From: Planctomycetota bacterium
GTDB taxonomy: Bacteria > Planctomycetota > UBA11346
Assembly (NCBI GenBank): GCA_038213805.1
Contig: JBBQSO010000010.1
Location: forward strand, 1 to 64,000
Direction: 5' to 3'
Length of the DNA: 64,000 nucleotides
Below the pieces are notes generated by a model. It was not told the origin of the DNA and did no database searches. It saw only the letters and a list, made by a program, of their open reading frames with translations. Below are positions 49,801 through 60,101 of the stretch, one piece after another. The position numbers and the translations under genes were made by a program. Each line of letters starts with the position of its first letter. Position 1 is the stretch's first letter.

Positions 49801-52122
49801 CTACGGCTTCACTCCGGCCGTCGCCGGACCGTACGCGGCCATCTGCCCGCATGACGAAAACGCCTGCGCCGGGGCGTCGCCGCTCGCGGGCCGGCCGGCG
49901 ACGCGCACCGCCACCGCAGTCGTCGGCTCGGCCAGGGTGCAGGTGAAGCGCGCGCCCTCATGCAGGCTGCCGGGGCTGGTCGCCGTGGTGGCGGGGTAGT
50001 CCGCAAAAGTGCCGACGGTAACCCAAGGCGCGCCCTCGGCGGCCTGCGCCTGCACGACCGGTCGGCTTGACGAGGTGTCGAACCAGCCCCCATCGTGCGC
50101 GGTCATCCCGTGCGTGAACTGCACGCTGGCGATGGTCACGGGTGCAGGCAAGGCGACCGCGAACCAGTCCAGATCGGCCTTCGCACCGTTCCAGGTGACG
50201 ACCACCCGGCCGTCGACGACCGAACCGGAGACGTTGCCGCTGCGTGAACGGCTCTCGCTGCCATCGGCCAGCAGGTTGCCATCGGGGCGCGCGGCCCCGG
50301 CGATCGGCAGCCACACCCGGTAGGTCGAGCGGCGGTCGGACGCGGCATCCGCGCCCGGGGCCGGGCCGGTGCCCGCGGTCGCGAACGGCGCGAGCAGCGT
50401 GGTGCCGCCGTGCGTGGTGATGCGGAAGATCTCCGCATGCGCCCAGTCCTTGTACGGCCCGCTCGCCGGCTGGGGAGCGATGGCGAGGTCCGCGATCGCC
50501 GTGGTGTCGAGCAGCGGCCGGTCCGAACCGCGCGGATCGAGCGCCGCGTCGGCGGCGAGGACCAGCGGGCCGTAACAGATGGCGGCCTTGTTCTGGTTGG
50601 CGTGGTCTCCGACCACCACGCGCGGCGTCGGCGGCAGGGTCAGCAGCAGGTGTTCGGTGCCGCTCCAGGTGCGGCGGACCACGACGTAGCCGTCGGGCCC
50701 GGGCTGCACCGGCAGCGCCTTGCCGCCCAGGGCGAGTGCCGCCGTGGCGCACCACGCCGGGATGCGCAGCCGCACGCTGAAGGCGCCGGGCTGCGCTGCC
50801 ACGATCGCGATATCGACCGCGGATCCGGAGGGGTAGGTGGTGGAGATGGTCACGCCCACCTCGGCGCCGCCAGCGAGCCGCAGCTGCGCATGCGCGGCGT
50901 CTTCGAGGTTCACCACCACGCCCTCGGCGTCGGTGGTGATCGCGAAGGTCGGGATGAGCGCGAATCCGCGCGGTCCGCTCGACAGGCAGCACTGGCCGTC
51001 GAGGGTCGAGGTGTACGGCTTGGTGCCCTCCATCTGCACGTAGTAGCCCCAGGCGCGCCCATCCGGCCGCTGCGCGCCGGGCAGCTGGTTGTAGACGATG
51101 CGCTCAAGCTCATCGGCGTAGCGCGCCTTGCCGGTCAGGCGCAGCAGGTGGGCGTTGAACTGCAACCACGTGACGGTGACGCAGGTCTCGCCGACGTTGC
51201 TGGTGTTCGGCAGGTTGAAGTCCTCGTGGAAGTGCTCCTTCCAGCTCGCCGTGCCGGTGATGTAGCGGCGCTTGGCGACGATGTCGCTCCAGGCGTTCTC
51301 GCCGGCGGTGAGCAGGTCCTTGTCGCCGGTCACGCGGTACCACTCGAGCATGCCGTCGATGCACGACATCATCTCGTAGGCCTTGGCGTTGCCGACCTGG
51401 TCGACGCCGCGGCCCGCGACCAGACGCGACACGATGTGCGGCCCAGTCGGCGTCTCCCACGCGCGCATGACGTAGCGGCAGAAGTCGCGGTAGCGCTCCT
51501 CCCCGGTGAAGCGGTACATCCACACCATCGGCTCGAGCACGCTGCCCGCCGCCATGCCCTTGTGCGCGCCTGCGCCGTTGAGGTCGCGCTTGCCCTCGCC
51601 GAAGTCGCGGCACAGCAGGTCGGCCATGGCGCGGCAGCAGGGCAGCGCGCTGCGGTCGCCGCTCAGGCGCATCCAGGTGACCAGGCCGATGAGGTTGTAC
51701 TTGTGCGCCCACACGTCCCATTCCGTCCAGCGCTGCGCCGGCAGGTAGGTGCCGAGGTAGCCGTCCTCCTGCTGGCAGGCGACGAGCTCGGCGACCGCCT
51801 TCGCGATCTTGGCGTGCAGCCGCTCGTCGCCGCTGTTCGCCCAGGCCAGGCTCGCGGCGTGCAGCCACTTGCCGACGTGCTCGCCATCCCAGGTCTGGCG
51901 ACCGGGCCGCTTGCGGTAGCCCTCGAGCAGACGGTCGACGTCGATCTCGAGCAGGCGGTTGACGGTGCTTGCCTGGATGCGCGCACCGACCATGCCCTCG
52001 AGCTGCACGCGGTCCGGCACCTGCGCCTCCTGCACGTCGGCCACCGCCGCCGGGACGACATCCGGCACGGGGGTGATGGCGGCGGGGGAGGCGAGACAGG
52101 CGAGCAGGAGGATGGGCAGCAT
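49801..52122 (-). CDS. Glycoside hydrolase family 127 (beta-L-arabinofuranosidase-like) with C-terminal beta-sandwich domain
   Basis: GKWL, DGYLGTY, KAYEMM, ETC, CC, RIPAW and GPLVLA motifs. Signal peptide. Confidence 0.85.
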   Translation of the reverse strand: MLPILLLACLASPAAITPVPDVVPAAVADVQEAQVPDRVQLEGMVGARIQASTVNRLLEIDVDRLLEGYRKRPGRQTWDGEHVGKWLHAASLAWANSGDERLHAKIAKAVAELVACQQEDGYLGTYLPAQRWTEWDVWAHKYNLIGLVTWMRLSGDRSALPCCRAMADLLCRDFGEGKRDLNGAGAHKGMAAGSVLEPMVWMYRFTGEERYRDFCRYVMRAWETPTGPHIVSRLVAGRGVDQVGNAKAYEMMSCIDGMLEWYRVTGDKDLLTAGENAWSDIVAKRRYITGTASWKEHFHEDFNLPNTSNVGETCVTVTWLQFNAHLLRLTGKARYADELERIVYNQLPGAQRPDGRAWGYYVQMEGTKPYTSTLDGQCCLSSGPRGFALIPTFAITTDAEGVVVNLEDAAHAQLRLAGGAEVGVTISTTYPSGSAVDIAIVAAQPGAFSVRLRIPAWCATAALALGGKALPVQPGPDGYVVVRRTWSGTEHLLLTLPPTPRVVVGDHANQNKAAICYGPLVLAADAALDPRGSDRPLLDTTAIADLAIAPQPASGPYKDWAHAEIFRITTHGGTTLLAPFATAGTGPAPGADAASDRRSTYRVWLPIAGAARPDGNLLADGSESRSRSGNVSGSVVDGRVVVTWNGAKADLDWFAVALPAPVTIASVQFTHGMTAHDGGWFDTSSSRPVVQAQAAEGAPWVTVGTFADYPATTATSPGSLHEGARFTCTLAEPTTAVAVRVAGRPASGDAPAQAFSSCGQMAAYGPATAGVKP

Positions 52123-52152
52123 GAAGAGCTCCGGGGGGCGGGGAGGCACTGG

Positions 52153-52289
<137 letters not shown>

Positions 52290-52363
52290 AGTTGGCGGTG
52301 TCCGTGTGCCAGAATCGCTATCGCGACAGAGAAGATACCGGCCCCAGGGGTCGACGTTCATTG

Positions 52364-52398
52364 AAAATCATTTGCGCAAACGTTTGAGTAGCGATTTT
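52364..52398. promoter_or_regulatory. Putative LacI-family operator
   Basis: Palindrome CAAACGTTTG (52377-52386) with central CG, flanked by AAAATC...GATTTT, in an AT-rich patch upstream of GH127. Confidence 0.5.
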
Positions 52399-52564
52399 GC
52401 GCAGATACTCGGCGCATCGACCTGCATGCTGGAACTCGGGTCGCAGCAGACACTGACAGGCATGCGGCCCAGTGGGCCGCTCTCGATAGGACGGAAAAAA
52501 CGGCCAAGCCAGCGTCAGCGGTTCCAACCATCCCCGTTGACCCGGAAGCTGCCAACCGCGCTGC

Positions 52565-53116
52565 TCAGCGCCGCTTCCGCGTCTTCGCCTTCGCCTTCAC
52601 CGGAGCCGCCTTCGCTTTCACCGTCTTCCTACCCACTTTCACAAACCCCCACAGCGTGATGATCATCCCGCTCGGCGTGCGCAGCTTGCAGGTGCGCATC
52701 GGGTTCTCTTCCCCCCACTCGGCCTTGAGGTCCTGCACGATGCGCACCTTGCGGCGCTTCAGCGCGGCCACAGCCACGGCGATGTTGCCGAGCATGAACT
52801 GGAGGTTCAGCTCGGCCGCCGTGCGCTTCGCCGCATGGATGGTGAAGGCGAATTCGCCATCCGGGGTCATGATCATCGCGTGGCCATCCCACATCGCGTT
52901 GACCTTCATGCCGAGGATGTCGAGGTAGAAGCCGAGCTCGGCCGGGAAGTTGCTGACCCCGAACTCGGTCACCGCCTTCCAGCAGTCGCCCCAGGTGAAC
53001 GGATAGGGATGGCCGGGCGCGGGCCACAGCTTCTCCCAGTCCTCACGGGACGTGATCTGCTTCAGGGCCTTGAGGCGCCGGCGGCCCAAGGTGGTACAGG
53101 TGGCGGTGATGCCCAT
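52565..53116 (-). CDS. VOC/glyoxalase-like protein with basic C-terminal tail
   Basis: FY..ILG, LQFML.NI..AVAALK.R.V, EWG and TPSG.IITL patterns. K/A-rich tail. Confidence 0.65.
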   Translation of the reverse strand: MGITATCTTLGRRRLKALKQITSREDWEKLWPAPGHPYPFTWGDCWKAVTEFGVSNFPAELGFYLDILGMKVNAMWDGHAMIMTPDGEFAFTIHAAKRTAAELNLQFMLGNIAVAVAALKRRKVRIVQDLKAEWGEENPMRTCKLRTPSGMIITLWGFVKVGRKTVKAKAAPVKAKAKTRKRR

Positions 53117-53235
53117 GCGAACTCCATGGATGCGGTTGATCCCGGCCCATGCGGCTCGGGACCCAGCCACCCTAGGAGGCGTCCCAGCCATTGCCATCCG
53201 CCCGTGGCGCCTGCCGAAGCAGGCCTTCCAGGATG

Positions 53236-53754
53236 TCAGTGCGTCAGGACCAGCGTCGCGGTCTTGCGGCTGCCACCGATCTTCCATACCGCATCGATGA
53301 ACAGCGGATTGACCGCCAGGCGCGTGGCCACGGCTTCAGCGATGCGCTCGCTGGTCGCGCGCGTGCACGGCGTCTCCTTGTCCAGCTTCAGCTCGTCGAG
53401 CAGGGCCTGCAGGGCGTCCTTGGCCAGACCGGGAATGTGCACGGTCTCGAGCGTGATCAGGTTGCGCGGCTTGACCGCCCAGGTCAGGCGCATGCCGCCC
53501 GTGACGAAGGTGTTGGCGGCTTTGACGTCGGGATCGAGGTAGCCCAGCTCGCGCAGCTGCATGACGATCAGCTCGCGATCCGCCTTCTCCTTGGCACGGT
53601 CGTAGGCGCCGCCCTTGGCGTTCGCGAGCTGGGCGGCGACCGCATCCGCCATCAGGCCGGCCGGCAGACCGTCAATGACAACCTCGGCGATGGCCACCGC
53701 GTGGGCGTGGGCGACGACGGCGAGCAGCAACAGCAGGCAGAGCAGCGGGCGCAT
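53236..53754 (-). CDS. Small exported protein, POTRA-like
   Basis: Signal peptide, IAEVVIDG and LRELGYLDPDV resemble POTRA repeats. Confidence 0.55.
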   Translation of the reverse strand: MRPLLCLLLLLAVVAHAHAVAIAEVVIDGLPAGLMADAVAAQLANAKGGAYDRAKEKADRELIVMQLRELGYLDPDVKAANTFVTGGMRLTWAVKPRNLITLETVHIPGLAKDALQALLDELKLDKETPCTRATSERIAEAVATRLAVNPLFIDAVWKIGGSRKTATLVLTH

Positions 53755-53841
53755 GGGATGACTCCGGGTCCGGCGGCAGCATAGGTCCCCCACGGGGATC
53801 GCCACCGGCACTGCGAGCGAGCCGGGACACCGAACCGTCGT

Positions 53842-54005
53842 ACCGCAGAGGCGCAGAGCGAAATCAGGAGGCCCCAGCGTGGTTATTTCCCTTGTCGCTT
53901 CCGCTCTGAGGCCACGGCGGCGAAAGCCGACCTCCATCAGCATTGCGCGATCCTACGACCGCTGTCCTCTGCGGACTCGTGCCTCCCCCTCTGCGCCTCT
54001 GCGTT
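53842..54005. repeat. Inverted repeat element CGCAGAGGCGCAGAG ... CTCTGCGCCTCTGCG
   Basis: 15-bp perfect inverted repeat at 53844-53858 and 53989-54003, with an extra CTCTGCGG unit near 53966. Confidence 0.8.
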
Positions 54006-54058
54006 AAATCCCTCTGCTGACTGGTCGGGCCGCTCCACCCGGCGATCCGACCCTGCCG

Positions 54059-56281
54059 TCACGGCAGCGCGTTGATCGTCCCATACACCGTCGCCGTCAC
54101 CGCCGCCCCATCCGCCGCGGCGATCTTGCAGGTCACCACCTGGCAGTTCACCGGGCGCATGCCGGGGATGGCCAGGACCACGGTGCGACCGTCGGCCTTG
54201 AGATGGGCAGCGCTGATCTCGAGATGGTCGCGGCGCTTCTGCGTGGGATCGGCGACCGAGACCTCGGGCGAGCCGTAGCTGGCGCTCCAGACCACGTTGA
54301 ACTGCTCGGCCGTGTAGTTGCCGACGTCCTCGGCGGCGGCCTTGTCGAGGGCGCTGGTGAAGGTGATCTCCACGCCGTCGTGGGTCGCCACCCAGGCGCA
54401 GGCCATGCGCACCGGCGCACCGGTGTAGCGCACGCGCTGCAGGCAGCCGTCGCGCCCACCGCTGGTCTGCCAGCCGCGCAGCCCGCACACGTAAAGCTGG
54501 CCGTCGGCCGGGCTGAAGCGCGCGCGCATGATGCCGCTGGCGAAGGTAAGGGGAAAGCGCGTGAGCGCGCCCTGCATGACGTCGCCGACCGTCTGGGTCA
54601 TCGCCGCGAAGAGCGTGCACTTGCCGTAGGACAGGTGCAGCATGCTGCCGGCGAACGGGCCCCAGCGCCCGTCCGGCACCCACACCTGGCCGCCGCTGCT
54701 GTTGTCGATGTCGTAGGGGATCCAGATGATGGGTGGATCGCGCTTGGTCGGCTTCACCGGCCCGGGCACACCGTCGGGGATGCCGACGAAGGCGCCTTCG
54801 CGGATGCGGTTGATCGGACACACCGGCACCCATGAGCCCTGGTTGTCGCCAGCCACCATCTCGCCGTGCGGCCCGACGCCGATGCCGTTGGGCGCGCGCA
54901 GACCGCGCGCCACCACCTCGAGCTTCGCGCCGTCGGGCGAGAGCTTGAAGTAGCAGCCGTTGGCGTCGCACCACAGGTCGAAGTTGGGGCCGCCGCGCCC
55001 GGGGGTCGACGCCTTGGCGAAGTAGAGGTTGCCCTGGGGATCGGTCTGCAGGTCGAGCATGAACTCGTGGAAGTGCCGGGTCAGCTCCATGTCGCTGTTG
55101 AAGCTCTCGTAGAAGTCGGCCTCGCCGTCGCCATCGAGATCATGCAGGCGCACGATGCGGTCGCGGCAGGTGCAGAGGATGTCCTTGCCGACGATCTTCA
55201 GGCCGAGCGGCTGGTACAGGCCGCTGGCGTAACGCTTCCACGTCAGATCCTGCAGGGCGCCGTCGATGCCGCTGACGATCCACACGTCGCCGCTCCAGGT
55301 GCACAGCGCGGCGCGCTTGCCGTCCGGGAAGAAGTCGAAGCCGCCTGGGCGCATCCACGCGTGCCAGGGGTTCTCGTCAGGCAGTGTGAGGGTGTCGACG
55401 GCGTAAGGCGCGTCGGCGGCGGGTTTGCCCAGGCTGCCGTGGGTGACGACGGTCTCCGCCCAGCGCGCCGGACCACCCGTGGTCAGCGCGGCGAGCGGTT
55501 GCGCCGGGCCGGCGTCGCCCGCACCGATCACGGCGGTCAGCGTGCGCGCAGCGGTGGCGGCGGGCAGCACGGCGATGACGCGGCCGTCCGCCTCGGCGAT
55601 GGTCGCGCCCGCGGCGTCGCCGCCCAGAATGCAGCGCGTGCCGGCGGCGGCGAGGTCGACGCGCAGCTCCTGGGCGCTGGGCGCCAGCGAGAAGGTCCGC
55701 ACCAGGCCGCCCGCGGCGGTGAGCGACGGGCGCTCAAGCATGGCGCAGCCGTCGGCGACGTAGGACAGCACCACGTCCTGCCCGTGCAGGTAGTAGCCGC
55801 GCGGGCGCAGCCACGCGGCCGGCAGCGGCTGGCCCTCGCGCGTCCGGTCGCTGGCGCCGGCGGGCACGTTGTAGGCGGCGCGCCGCTCCTCGCGCGGATC
55901 GGTGAAGCTGCCGGCGTGCGCCCAGCCCGGTCCCATCGGGCTGGAGAAAATGATGGAGCCGGCGGGTTGCGGCTGGGCGTGGTGCTCGCCGTTGAAGACC
56001 ACGTTGCGACCATCGAGGAAGCCGCCGCTCCACAGCGCCGCCACGCGCATGGTCTCGAGGTCGTAGCACACCCAGGTCTGCTTGGCAGGGTCGAGGCGCA
56101 CCAGCAGCGCGCGCAACACATAGGTCTTGTCGACCAGCAGCGTACACGAGAAGGCCGGACCGTAATCCATCTGCGCCCAGCGCGGCGCATCACCGGCGCG
56201 CGCGGCCAGCACCAGGGCAAGCAGCAGCAGGGCGCGCAGGCAGGATACGGAACGCGGGCCACGAGCAGGGCGAAGGGTCAT
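54059..56281 (-). CDS. Exported PVC-type protein with beta-propeller (DUF6797-like N-terminus, sugar-dehydrogenase-like propeller)
   Basis: MDYGP, ALCTWSGDVW, ASGLYQPLGL, LHDLDGDGEADFYE, GLRAPNG, DNQGSW and WGPFAG. Confidence 0.65.
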   Translation of the reverse strand: MTLRPARGPRSVSCLRALLLLALVLAARAGDAPRWAQMDYGPAFSCTLLVDKTYVLRALLVRLDPAKQTWVCYDLETMRVAALWSGGFLDGRNVVFNGEHHAQPQPAGSIIFSSPMGPGWAHAGSFTDPREERRAAYNVPAGASDRTREGQPLPAAWLRPRGYYLHGQDVVLSYVADGCAMLERPSLTAAGGLVRTFSLAPSAQELRVDLAAAGTRCILGGDAAGATIAEADGRVIAVLPAATAARTLTAVIGAGDAGPAQPLAALTTGGPARWAETVVTHGSLGKPAADAPYAVDTLTLPDENPWHAWMRPGGFDFFPDGKRAALCTWSGDVWIVSGIDGALQDLTWKRYASGLYQPLGLKIVGKDILCTCRDRIVRLHDLDGDGEADFYESFNSDMELTRHFHEFMLDLQTDPQGNLYFAKASTPGRGGPNFDLWCDANGCYFKLSPDGAKLEVVARGLRAPNGIGVGPHGEMVAGDNQGSWVPVCPINRIREGAFVGIPDGVPGPVKPTKRDPPIIWIPYDIDNSSGGQVWVPDGRWGPFAGSMLHLSYGKCTLFAAMTQTVGDVMQGALTRFPLTFASGIMRARFSPADGQLYVCGLRGWQTSGGRDGCLQRVRYTGAPVRMACAWVATHDGVEITFTSALDKAAAEDVGNYTAEQFNVVWSASYGSPEVSVADPTQKRRDHLEISAAHLKADGRTVVLAIPGMRPVNCQVVTCKIAAADGAAVTATVYGTINALP

Positions 56282-56325
56282 GATCAGCTCCAAGGGGGTG
56301 CAGCAGGTTATTCGGCCAACCCTTG

Positions 56326-56347
56326 CTAATGTTTAGCTAAAGTTTAG
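56326..56347. promoter_or_regulatory. Tandem operator-like sites CTAATGTTTAG-CTAAAGTTTAG
   Basis: Two 11-bp near-palindromes in tandem, with junction palindrome TTTAGCTAAA, in the AT-rich divergent promoter region of the LacI gene. Confidence 0.55.
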
Positions 56348-56356
56348 AAAAGGTCC

Positions 56357-57394
56357 ATGACCAAGCTTCGCAGGCCTGCCAAACCCCCTTCCCTGGCCTC
56401 GGTCGCGCGTGCTGCCGGGGTCAGCGCGGCCGCGGTCTCGCTGGTGCTGAGCGGGCGCGACCGCGACTACGGCCTGAGCACCGAGACCGCCGCGCGCGTG
56501 CGCGCCGCGGCCACCGCCCAGGGCTACCAGCGCCCGACCCGTCGCCGCGGCCCGCCGCGCCTGCACGTGGTGCATTTCGAGGACCTGGTGCGCATGGAGG
56601 AGCGCGGCCTGGGCGCCAGCGTGCTGCAGCCGCTGATGGCGGCGCTGGCCGCGCGCGGCTGGCTGGCCTCGGTCGACGCGCGCCTGCCCGACGACCCTGC
56701 GGCGCCGGGCGCGGCGGTGCTGTCGGCCAGCGCGGTGGTGGTGCCGGTCAACCTCGGCTACGACGCGGCCGCCGGCGCGCTGGTGCGCGCGGCGGCCGCC
56801 GGCGGCGTGCAGGCGGTGGTGCTCGGCCGCATCCTGCCCGATGTCACCGCCATCCAGATCGACGGCGACCAGGAGGGCGGCGGCCGGCTCGCCGCGGAGC
56901 ACCTGCTCGCGCTCGGCCACCGCCGCATCGCCCTGGTCGGCGGCGTCAGCGGCGATCCGCACAGCGCCGCGCGCCTTGCCGGCTTCAGCGCGGCCGCGCG
57001 CCTGGCCACGCCGCGCGCCGCGCTCGAGCAGTGGGGCGAAGGTGGCTACAGCGTCGCCGGCGCGCACCGCCTGGTGGCGGCGCGGCTCGCCGCGGGCGAC
57101 CGGCCCACCGCCATCTTCTGCGCCAACGACCGCATGGCGCTGGGCGCGCTGCTGGCGCTGCGCGAGGCCGGCGTGGCGGTGCCGGGCCAGGTCTCGCTGG
57201 TCGGCTTCGACGACCAGGCGGAGTTCGCCGCGGTCGCGCCCGGCCTGACCACCGTGCGCCTCGATGCCGAAGGCGCCGGCCAGCGCCTCGCCCTGCTGCT
57301 CGACCCCGCCACCGCTCCGTCCGCCGAACACATCATCCTGCCCGCGCGCCTGGTCGTGCGCGGCTCGACCGCCAGCCCCGGGAAGAAACCATGA
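56357..57394 (+). CDS. LacI-family transcriptional regulator
   Basis: SLASVARAAGVSAAAVSLVL HTH, LGHRRIA, TAIFCANDRMA, SLVGFDD and LTTVR. Confidence 0.93.
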   Translation: MTKLRRPAKPPSLASVARAAGVSAAAVSLVLSGRDRDYGLSTETAARVRAAATAQGYQRPTRRRGPPRLHVVHFEDLVRMEERGLGASVLQPLMAALAARGWLASVDARLPDDPAAPGAAVLSASAVVVPVNLGYDAAAGALVRAAAAGGVQAVVLGRILPDVTAIQIDGDQEGGGRLAAEHLLALGHRRIALVGGVSGDPHSAARLAGFSAAARLATPRAALEQWGEGGYSVAGAHRLVAARLAAGDRPTAIFCANDRMALGALLALREAGVAVPGQVSLVGFDDQAEFAAVAPGLTTVRLDAEGAGQRLALLLDPATAPSAEHIILPARLVVRGSTASPGKKP

Positions 57395-58797
57395 CCATGC
57401 GCCACCTCGCCGTCGCCCCCGCCAAGCACCTGGTGCGCCCGCCCGCGCGCCTGCAGCCGATCCAGGCCAGCGCCGGCACGCCCTCCGTCGACCTGGCGCG
57501 CGTCGCCAACGACATCAAGGACGTCGCGACCCTGGCGCCGACCATCGTCATCGACAGCCCCGAGCACTGGGAGCGCGTGGTGCGCGGCCTGCCGGCCGAC
57601 ATCGACGGCATCCTGCCGCTGTCGATCCCCGCCTATCCCACCGAGGTGTGGAACAGCCACCCGCAGGCGCTGGTCGACCGCGGCCTGCCGGTGGTGTTCT
57701 GGTGCCTGCCCGAACACGACGAGCCCGACTTCTGGCGCTGGTCGGCGCGCGACATGCTGCAGTCGCTGGGCATCGCCGTGCACCTGGTCGACAGCCGGCG
57801 CAGCGGCCTGGCGCTGCTGCGCGCGCTGGCGGTGAAGCGCCAGCTCACCGGCGCCACCATCGCGGTGTTCGGGGTGCAGAACTTCCCCTGGAACGCGCAC
57901 GCCGCCGGCGCGCACATGGAGCGCGCGCTCGGCCTCAACGTCCAGGTCCACGACCTCGACCCGATGCGCGAGCGCGCGGACGCGATCAGCGACGCGCAGG
58001 CCCTGGAGTTCTGGAAGGGACGCTCATCGCGCTACCGCGAGAACGGCGTGGCCAAGCCGTGGCTGCTCGGCGCGGTCAAGACCTGGCTGGCGATCCGCAG
58101 CGTGTTGGAGGAGACCCGCGCCCTGGGCTTCGGCGTGAACTGTTTCGGCGACCTCATCCCGCGCGGCCACCGCGACGTGCCCTGCCTGGCCCAGGTGTTG
58201 GCGCGTGAGGAGGGCTACCTGGCGGCCTGCGACGGCGACTTCTGCTGCCTCGCCTCGATGGCCATCGCCACGCATCTGACCGGGCGCACCTGCACCATGT
58301 CCAACCTCTACCCGGTGTCCTACGGTGGTGCGCTCGCCGCGCACTTCGGCGATCCGCTCGCGCCCGATCCGGCCGCCTTCGCGCGCGACGAGTGGGCCAA
58401 CCTCGGGCGTCTCGCGCACTGCGGCTTCGCCGGCGTGGTCTCGCCCGAGGTCGCGGAAGGCGGCACGGTCGATTTGCGCGACTGGGGCGGCACCTACGAG
58501 ATCAAGCGCGACGGCCGCGGCTGCGGCGTCGACGGCGTGATGCCGGCCGGACCGGTGACCGCGCTCGAAGTCAAGTTCGACGGCCGCACCCTGCTCGCCG
58601 CGAAGGGCGAGGTGCTGGAGACCACCCGTCACCCGCACCTGCCGCACTGCGAGAAGAGCGTGCTGATGCGCTTCCGCAATCTGCCCGGCTTCGTCAGCCG
58701 CATCTCGCGCGAGCACCCCGCCATCGTTTACGGCGACCACCTCGCCGACCTCGCCATCGCCGCGCCGGTGCTGGGCATGGCGCTGGAGACCTTCTGA
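57391..58797 (+). CDS. L-fucose/L-arabinose isomerase-like sugar isomerase
   Basis: NCF, PCLA, ACDGD (cf. ACEGD), AHCG and H..IVYGD. ATGA-coupled to LacI. Confidence 0.65.
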   Translation: MTMRHLAVAPAKHLVRPPARLQPIQASAGTPSVDLARVANDIKDVATLAPTIVIDSPEHWERVVRGLPADIDGILPLSIPAYPTEVWNSHPQALVDRGLPVVFWCLPEHDEPDFWRWSARDMLQSLGIAVHLVDSRRSGLALLRALAVKRQLTGATIAVFGVQNFPWNAHAAGAHMERALGLNVQVHDLDPMRERADAISDAQALEFWKGRSSRYRENGVAKPWLLGAVKTWLAIRSVLEETRALGFGVNCFGDLIPRGHRDVPCLAQVLAREEGYLAACDGDFCCLASMAIATHLTGRTCTMSNLYPVSYGGALAAHFGDPLAPDPAAFARDEWANLGRLAHCGFAGVVSPEVAEGGTVDLRDWGGTYEIKRDGRGCGVDGVMPAGPVTALEVKFDGRTLLAAKGEVLETTRHPHLPHCEKSVLMRFRNLPGFVSRISREHPAIVYGDHLADLAIAAPVLGMALETF

Positions 58798-60101
58798 TGG
58801 CGGACGCCGCCAACGAGGCGCTGCTGCTGGGCATCGACTGCGGCACCGGCAAGGTCGCAGTCGCGGTGCTCACCGCGTCGGGCCGCCAGCTGCACACCGC
58901 GGCAGCGCCGCACGGCGCGGAACTGGCCGTGGCGGCGGGGCGCGCCGAGCAGGATCCCGCGCGCATCCTCGCCTGCGCCGAGGGCCTGGTGCGCGCGCTG
59001 CCCGCGCCGCTGCGCGCCGGCATCGCCGCCATCGGTCTCACCGGGCAGATGCACGGCGTGCTGCTGCACGACGCCGGGGGAGTCGCGCTGACGCCGCTGG
59101 TCACCTGGCAGGACCGCCGCGCCCTGGAGGATCCCACCTTCCTGGCGTCGTGTGGGCTGCCGCTGCACGCCGGCTATGGCCTGGCCACGCTGACGTGGTG
59201 GGCGCGGCACGGCGGGCTGCCGCCGGGCGCGCGCGCCGCCACCATCCACGGCTTCCTCGCCGCGCGCTGGTGCGGACTCGATCGCGCCCCCATCGATCCG
59301 ACCGATGCCCAGGCTTGGGGCGGCCTTCTACCGCCGGCCGGCGTCCCTGCCGGACTGCTGCCAACGGTGGTTGGGCACGGTGACCGCATCGGCACTCTCA
59401 CCGGCGCTGCAGCAACTGCGCTGGGCCTGACCGCCGATCTGCCGGTGGCCGCGCCGCTCGGCGACAATCAGGCCTCGCTGCGCGCCACGCTCCGCGATCC
59501 GCAGCACGCGCTCGCCTTCACCCTCGGCACCGGCTGCCAACTCACCGCGGTGGTGCCGCGCGGCGCGGCGATCGCCCCCGGCCACGCCGAGCGCCGCCCG
59601 TTCAGCGCCACCGCAGACCTGCTGGTCGCTGCGCCCATGTGCGGCGGCGCGGCGTGGCAATGGTTGGCCGACGCCGCCGCGGGCTGGTGCATCGATCTCG
59701 GTTTCGCGGCGCCGCCGCGCGACGAGCTGTTCGCACACCTCGACCGCCTCGGGTTGGCCGCGTCCGATCGCCTTGAGTTTGCGCCACACCTTGCTGGCGA
59801 ACGTCACGACGTCGCACTGACCGGCGCTCTGCGCGGCTTGACCCTCGCCAATGGGCGTCTCGGTGAGGTCGCACGGGCCCTTGCGCGTGGGCTCGCAGCC
59901 AACGCGCGCGATCTGCTGCCCGCCGCCGCGCGCGCCGGTCGCACGCAGGTGGTCGCGAGCGGCAACGCGCTGCGCCGCTCGGCGCTGCTGCGCGCGATGG
60001 CCGAGGCGGAATTCGGCATGCCGCTGGTGCTCAGCGTGTGCGTCGAAGAGGCGGCGAGCGGCGCGGCCCTGGTGGCGGGCGGCCTGGGCCTCAGCGCTTA
60101 G
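58797..60101 (+). CDS. FGGY-family carbohydrate kinase, sedoheptulokinase-like
   Basis: GIDCGT, TGQMHG, TWQDRR, GDNQAS, GTGCQL, GER, SGNALRR and EEAASGAA. Confidence 0.85.
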   Translation: MADAANEALLLGIDCGTGKVAVAVLTASGRQLHTAAAPHGAELAVAAGRAEQDPARILACAEGLVRALPAPLRAGIAAIGLTGQMHGVLLHDAGGVALTPLVTWQDRRALEDPTFLASCGLPLHAGYGLATLTWWARHGGLPPGARAATIHGFLAARWCGLDRAPIDPTDAQAWGGLLPPAGVPAGLLPTVVGHGDRIGTLTGAAATALGLTADLPVAAPLGDNQASLRATLRDPQHALAFTLGTGCQLTAVVPRGAAIAPGHAERRPFSATADLLVAAPMCGGAAWQWLADAAAGWCIDLGFAAPPRDELFAHLDRLGLAASDRLEFAPHLAGERHDVALTGALRGLTLANGRLGEVARALARGLAANARDLLPAAARAGRTQVVASGNALRRSALLRAMAEAEFGMPLVLSVCVEEAASGAALVAGGLGLSA

